Source of the DNA: a virus | Taxonomy: Duplodnaviria > Caudoviricetes | Virus record (IMG/VR): IMGVR_UViG_3300027608_000010 | Reading direction: 5' to 3' (one strand) | Length of the DNA stretch: 64,000 bases | Shown: one piece after another, positions 59,598 to 64,000 of the stretch | How the letters are laid out: every line of letters begins with the position of its first letter | Numbering within the stretch: position 1 is the stretch's first letter | The notes under the pieces: model-generated | The model's input: only the letters and a program-made list of their open reading frames with translations | The model's database searches: none | Told to the model about the DNA's origin: nothing | Position numbers and translations under genes: made by a program

Positions 59598-60959
59598 ATG
59601 GCAAGTAAAATACAATTAAGACGAGATACAGCAATCAATTGGTCTAACAACAGTTCAGTTGTACTATCATCCGGAGAACCCGGATTTGAAACAGATACCG
59701 GTAAATTCAAAATTGGTAACGGTGTTGACAACTGGAATAGTTTAGACTATGCTGGTGGTGCAGTCACAAACAACGGTTCAGTATATATAGGTGATGGTGC
59801 AGGTAGTTGTAGTAGCGCATGTTGCTCAGTTGGTATTGGAAATTGTGCAGGTAATTGTTGTCAAGGATGTTGTGCAGTTGCTATCGGCGATCAAGCAGGA
59901 GAATACTGTCAAGGATCTAATGCAGTTGCTATTGGAAATTGTGCAGGACAATGCTGTCAAGGATCTTATGCAGTTGCTATAGGTTCTTGTGCGGGTGAGT
60001 GCTGTCAAGGATGCAATGCTATTGCTATTGGTCAATGTGCAGGACATTACTGTCAAGGATCTAACGCTATTGCAATTGGTCAATGTGCAGGATATGGCTG
60101 CTGTTGCGAAAGTGGTCAATCAGATTATGCAATTGCAATAGGTAATGACGCAGGTTATTGTGACCAAGGGACTTATGCTATTGCAATTGGTAAAAATGCA
60201 GGTTATTGTTCTCAGGGAGATTGTGCTATTGCTATAGGTCATTGTGCAGGTAATTGTTGTCAAGGTTTTGGTGCTGTGGCTGTAGGAGATATTGCAGGTA
60301 ATTGTGATCAAGGTGATCACGCTGTAGCGATAGGTTATGCTACAGGAAATTGTAATCAAGGTCACGGTGCTGTTGGTATAGGTGTATCAGCAGGTCGAAA
60401 CTCTCAAGGTGAATACGGTATAGCTATTGGGTATCGTACAGCTAGATGTAATCAACAAACAAACGCTATTGCAATTGGTACATACGCAGCCGAAGCAGAT
60501 GTATTTTATACTGTTGAGCATGACGGTGCTTATGTTGGAACTAACGACGGTTCAGACAGTACAATAACATTAACTAATGCATTTGATTTTAGTTCGGTGC
60601 GCCCAGGCATGGTACTTACTAATAACGGGTATAACAATATGTTAATATTATCTATTAGTGGAAATACATTAACATTAGCAGGAACACCCAATAACGGATC
60701 AGTGATTTCCGGTAATCAGTTCAATGTTGATGGTCGTCAAGGTACGAATGCTATTGCTATTGGTGCATATGCCGCAAGATATTCTCAATCACCTAATAGT
60801 ATCGTAATCAATGCAACAGGAAGCGAATTACGAAGTCAAGGTACTGGTACAACAGTAATTCAATCATTAAGACAGGTATCAGGTGGAACTGCACCGAGTG
60901 GATTTACTCCGGTATACTGGAACCCAACAACAGGTGAATTAATCACTGTTACAGCATAA
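59598..60959 (+). CDS. tail fibre with Mtd-N-like N-terminus and Cys-rich YadA-head-like repeats
   Basis: MASKIQLRRD...GEPGFETDTGKFKIGNG start, followed by 16-aa AIAIG repeats. Confidence 0.75.
   Translation: MASKIQLRRDTAINWSNNSSVVLSSGEPGFETDTGKFKIGNGVDNWNSLDYAGGAVTNNGSVYIGDGAGSCSSACCSVGIGNCAGNCCQGCCAVAIGDQAGEYCQGSNAVAIGNCAGQCCQGSYAVAIGSCAGECCQGCNAIAIGQCAGHYCQGSNAIAIGQCAGYGCCCESGQSDYAIAIGNDAGYCDQGTYAIAIGKNAGYCSQGDCAIAIGHCAGNCCQGFGAVAVGDIAGNCDQGDHAVAIGYATGNCNQGHGAVGIGVSAGRNSQGEYGIAIGYRTARCNQQTNAIAIGTYAAEADVFYTVEHDGAYVGTNDGSDSTITLTNAFDFSSVRPGMVLTNNGYNNMLILSISGNTLTLAGTPNNGSVISGNQFNVDGRQGTNAIAIGAYAARYSQSPNSIVINATGSELRSQGTGTTVIQSLRQVSGGTAPSGFTPVYWNPTTGELITVTA
59790..60479 (+). repeat. 48-bp-period degenerate repeat, about 14 units of xxAIAIGxxAGxxxQG
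   Basis: Visible in translation; about 31 Cys in about 230 aa. Confidence 0.9.
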
Positions 60960-60984
60960 TTTAAATATATAAAAGGAAATAAAA

Positions 60985-61197
60985 ATGGCACAATATAACA
61001 TCACAGCTACATCAGCTAAAGCAAATAACAATGCAGGTATGACTGTATCTAATACTAAAACTAATAAGCACCCTAGTCCAGCAGAGTTTGAGACTCAAGT
61101 ATTAGCACAAAAAAATGCTGACAAGTACGCTAAACGTCTAAGTAGCAACGACCACGAAGGCGTTCAGGACTGGGTTGGTCACGCTACCCCAGTTTAA
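60985..61197 (+). CDS. small hypothetical protein
   Basis: 70 aa with AAGGA RBS. Confidence 0.65.
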   Translation: MAQYNITATSAKANNNAGMTVSNTKTNKHPSPAEFETQVLAQKNADKYAKRLSSNDHEGVQDWVGHATPV

Positions 61198-61442
61198 TCT
61201 TTAGTTGAACTTATAATGACCGTAGATGATTCTTTGTCTACGGTCATATATCCCTCACACGCAAAGTTCCAATCGTCTCCGCCTGCACCGTTACCAGTAA
61301 CTTCATCCTGTACAGGTACGTTAATCTTTACATGTTTAACGAGATATTCTACCCCATTCTCAAACACACGCCATGCGTGATCCACCGAACCACGGCCGGG
61401 TTGTCCCCTAGACTTGTTGAATCTTATATGATACTTGTTCAT
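61194..61442 (-). CDS. hypothetical protein
   Basis: 82 aa, coupled to the oxygenase stop. Confidence 0.6.
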   Translation of the reverse strand: MNKYHIRFNKSRGQPGRGSVDHAWRVFENGVEYLVKHVKINVPVQDEVTGNGAGGDDWNFACEGYMTVDKESSTVIISSTKD

Positions 61443-62071
61443 ATAATAATAGGGCCCGCTTTTACTGGCTTAGTGCTAGGTCTAACACCAAGATTAAAGT
61501 GAACTAATCGTGTTGGGTCTTTACTAGGATTACGAGTAACGCTATGCGGTAACCAACTGTTAATAAAGTACATTCTTCCCGGTTGAGGAACAAACAATAT
61601 TGTTTCACTAGAATCAGTTATTTTATTTAAATTGGCTTCACGTAAATTAACCAATCTACGACCTTGTCTTGGGTCGTGAATAGCAACTTTACAACTATCC
61701 TTAGGTGTATCAATAAAATAGAATCCAGTAATTTGATTCCCATCACCGTGAACATGTTCTTCATGGCCTTGCATATAATGATGTTCTTGTGCCCACATTT
61801 CTGTAAAATATGTTTCCTTGTCACTCATAGCATGACCTTGATTATCTAAGATAGTCCAAGCACTTTGTGCTATAAAAGCAGTAAAATCACTAATCATTTC
61901 TTCATGGAAGATACTTTCAGTCTGTACCGGGTATATCGGGTTTACTTCAGACTTCTTTCTTTCAAACAGATATTGCATTGAAATTAGTGTAACCATGTCT
62001 AAGAATTCCGGTTTATCTACAGAATAGATTGTACTAGGAAAATGTTGATGGGGGGTTAGTGTCGTAGTCAT
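61439..62071 (-). CDS. 2OG-Fe(II) oxygenase-like protein
   Basis: HEEHVH, ITGFYFI, HDPR and FINSWLPHSV...RLVHFNL motifs. Confidence 0.8.
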   Translation of the reverse strand: MTTTLTPHQHFPSTIYSVDKPEFLDMVTLISMQYLFERKKSEVNPIYPVQTESIFHEEMISDFTAFIAQSAWTILDNQGHAMSDKETYFTEMWAQEHHYMQGHEEHVHGDGNQITGFYFIDTPKDSCKVAIHDPRQGRRLVNLREANLNKITDSSETILFVPQPGRMYFINSWLPHSVTRNPSKDPTRLVHFNLGVRPSTKPVKAGPIII

Positions 62072-62155
62072 AGATAATACTTATCTTTCCTAGGATATCC
62101 TCACAAATTTTAAACTTATGGATTTGTGATAAATATAAGATATACGGAATTTACT

Positions 62156-64000
62156 ATGAAAATAAGTCATTTACAAGAAAATCTTACACCTTCTTCTGCA
62201 CCAAGCGCATCAGTTCCTGGACCTAAGTTTGGCCGCAGTGATGAAATGTTAGAGTCTGACACAGGATCTAGCGCAAGCACAACTGCAGGTACTATAGCTA
62301 CGAGAACGGGCGAACAGCGTAAAGGTAAAAAGAGTATATTTCAAGGTATCAAAAATGCAGGTGGATTTGCTAATAGCAGAAAAGCAGGTATTGTTGGTGA
62401 GGGTGCTATCAATGAAGATGACTTAAGCGAAGAACAACTACAAGCAAAGAAAAAACGAGAAGATTTATTCAACAGAGCAAAAGACCGCGATATAGGTAAT
62501 AAACCAAAGTCACGTGAAATCATGGCAAGAGAATCTGACACTGATGATAATCCTAAACCAGGTAGCTGGCAAGAAATAGCAAAATTAAATAACATTACTG
62601 ATCCTAGAAAATTACAAGCTGACAAGTCAATTACTTTACCTAACGGTGACAGTTATTATGTGAATAAAGGTGATACACTTAGTGGTATTGCACAAAGATT
62701 AAGAACAACAGTGTATCCACAATACGGAGAACCTGGATCATCTACTGAGAAAACATCTACTGGAGATTCATCTAGTTTAACTAAACCAGCAATGTATGTA
62801 GGTGGTGTTAATAAACGAATGGCCACGCCTGTTGTACAACCAGACCCAAGAGATTTAGAAAAAGGAAATAGTAGAGGCACACGACCAGATGTTGCGCTTC
62901 CACGATATCCTGATTCAGTATATGATTATAAACCAGAAGTATCAACATCTTCATCTAACACGATACATCCTCCGGGAACATCAATCACAGCTAAAATCAA
63001 AGATCCAAAAGCACCAAATTGGCCATTGGATGTGAATTTAACAAAAGGTGATGACGGTAAGTGGCGCAATGAAAAGGGGCAATTACATAACTTTAATAAA
63101 CCAGGCGATAAAGAACAATTAGAAAAGATGCCAGCACTCCCGCCAAATCAGTCTAGTGCTGAGACCAAGCGTCTTAATAGTATCCCAAAGAATAAAGAGC
63201 CTGATATTCATAGTCAAGCCGCACAAGATGCACAATGGGAAAAAGATAAAGAAAATATGGGCAATGCATGGGATGAGTTTAAAGGCTGGGTTAAGAAACC
63301 TAGGTCTTTTACTATAGTACCTGGAAAAGATAAACCTCCAGTTGATCCAGCACATGATATTGGTCAACGTGCAGGACTATCACCGGATGAAATAGTTAAA
63401 AGACTTAAGTCAGCACCTGGTGGTAAAGATGATACTCCACCAGCTAAACCTCAGAAATCAACGACAAGTAAAGCATCTTCTGCATCACCTAATCTTTCTC
63501 CTGACCACAAAGTTATTGCTGGAATAGAAAGCGGTAATAAAGATTATAAAGATGACGGCACTCCAGTTGTTTCTCCTAAAGGTGCACAGTTTGCAATGCA
63601 GGTTATGAAAGATACAAACAGAGATCCAGGATTTGGAGTAGTTCCAGCTAAAAATAATAGTCCTGAAGAATCAAACAGAGTTGGAAGAGATTATTTTGAT
63701 GCAATGATGAAAAAATATAATGGGGATAAGGAAAAGGCTTCAGCCGCATATAACGCCGGTCCTGGCAGAGTAGATAGTAAAATAGCAAAAGCTGAAAAAA
63801 CCGGTAAAGATTGGAAAGATTTGTTACCAAGAGAAACAAGAAATTACATAAAGAAATTCAATAAAGGAACTCAAGTGGCCTCAAGTAATGATGATACAAT
63901 GAATGAAGATATTAGTCAAAAATATGCAAGAGACTATGAATATATTCTTACTTACTTATTGTCTGAGGTAAAACAACTTCCGAGTAGACCATTTGATTTA
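62156..64000 (+). CDS. LysM-like + SLT lytic transglycosylase protein, 3'-truncated (not in ORF track)
   Basis: Open frame from ATG 62156 to window end. LysM halves at 62561-62701; SLT motifs IESGN, SPKGAQFAMQVM, AYNAGPGRV and ETRNYI at about 63512-63856. Confidence 0.85.
   Translation, partial: MKISHLQENLTPSSAPSASVPGPKFGRSDEMLESDTGSSASTTAGTIATRTGEQRKGKKSIFQGIKNAGGFANSRKAGIVGEGAINEDDLSEEQLQAKKKREDLFNRAKDRDIGNKPKSREIMARESDTDDNPKPGSWQEIAKLNNITDPRKLQADKSITLPNGDSYYVNKGDTLSGIAQRLRTTVYPQYGEPGSSTEKTSTGDSSSLTKPAMYVGGVNKRMATPVVQPDPRDLEKGNSRGTRPDVALPRYPDSVYDYKPEVSTSSSNTIHPPGTSITAKIKDPKAPNWPLDVNLTKGDDGKWRNEKGQLHNFNKPGDKEQLEKMPALPPNQSSAETKRLNSIPKNKEPDIHSQAAQDAQWEKDKENMGNAWDEFKGWVKKPRSFTIVPGKDKPPVDPAHDIGQRAGLSPDEIVKRLKSAPGGKDDTPPAKPQKSTTSKASSASPNLSPDHKVIAGIESGNKDYKDDGTPVVSPKGAQFAMQVMKDTNRDPGFGVVPAKNNSPEESNRVGRDYFDAMMKKYNGDKEKASAAYNAGPGRVDSKIAKAEKTGKDWKDLLPRETRNYIKKFNKGTQVASSNDDTMNEDISQKYARDYEYILTYLLSEVKQLPSRPFDL

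Noticed and set aside
59790-60479. CRISPR array or non-coding repeat
   Set aside because: The repeats are degenerate, in frame, and fully explained by protein periodicity. The same applies to 4946-5017 and 31187-31363.
52937-60959. Diversity-generating retroelement acting on Mtd-like fibres
   Set aside because: No reverse transcriptase and no template/variable repeat pair differing only at adenines were seen. The Mtd similarity is limited to the N-terminal anchor.
61216-61247. 11-bp inverted repeat ATGACCGTAGA/TCTACGGTCAT
   Set aside because: It lies inside a coding sequence with a 10-nt loop and no U-tract. It might help terminate convergent transcription, but support is insufficient.
1-64000. 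Stop-codon reassignment
   Set aside because: Core genes (sheath, helicase, ClpA, primase) are full length under the standard code, and coding density is high.
1-64000. tRNA or rRNA genes
   Set aside because: Intergenic gaps are short and I saw no cloverleaf with a T-loop GTTCGA and acceptor stem. A tRNAscan run would confirm.

Overview
64 kb of an AT-rich T4-related myovirus genome, probably a jumbo phage. The layout is typical of uncultured aquatic large phages, and Shine-Dalgarno plus sigma70 signals suggest a proteobacterial host (inference). It carries replication genes (DEDD exonuclease, primase, DnaB-type helicase, clamp loader, dNMP kinase) and neck, sheath, tube, baseplate and head-completion genes. 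It also has several long modular fibre genes, GH19 and LysM-SLT lysins, a chaperone set (GroES, DnaJ, ClpA) and auxiliary enzymes (MazG, NUDIX, PhoH, methyltransferase, glycosyltransferase, 2OG-Fe(II) oxygenase, Pol-beta-type nucleotidyltransferase). Most striking is a minimal DnaE-like C-family polymerase split into two small intein-free genes 39 kb apart, with the break just before the catalytic DxDxD. Other patterns: a capsid-targeting-like N-terminal motif on many unrelated proteins, a late promoter motif (usually GATAAATA or TATAAATA) used both for apparently leaderless mRNAs and inside RBS-occluding hairpins, a three-way-junction leader RNA, and a cysteine-rich beta-roll fibre. All calls come from motif recognition by eye; no database searches were run.
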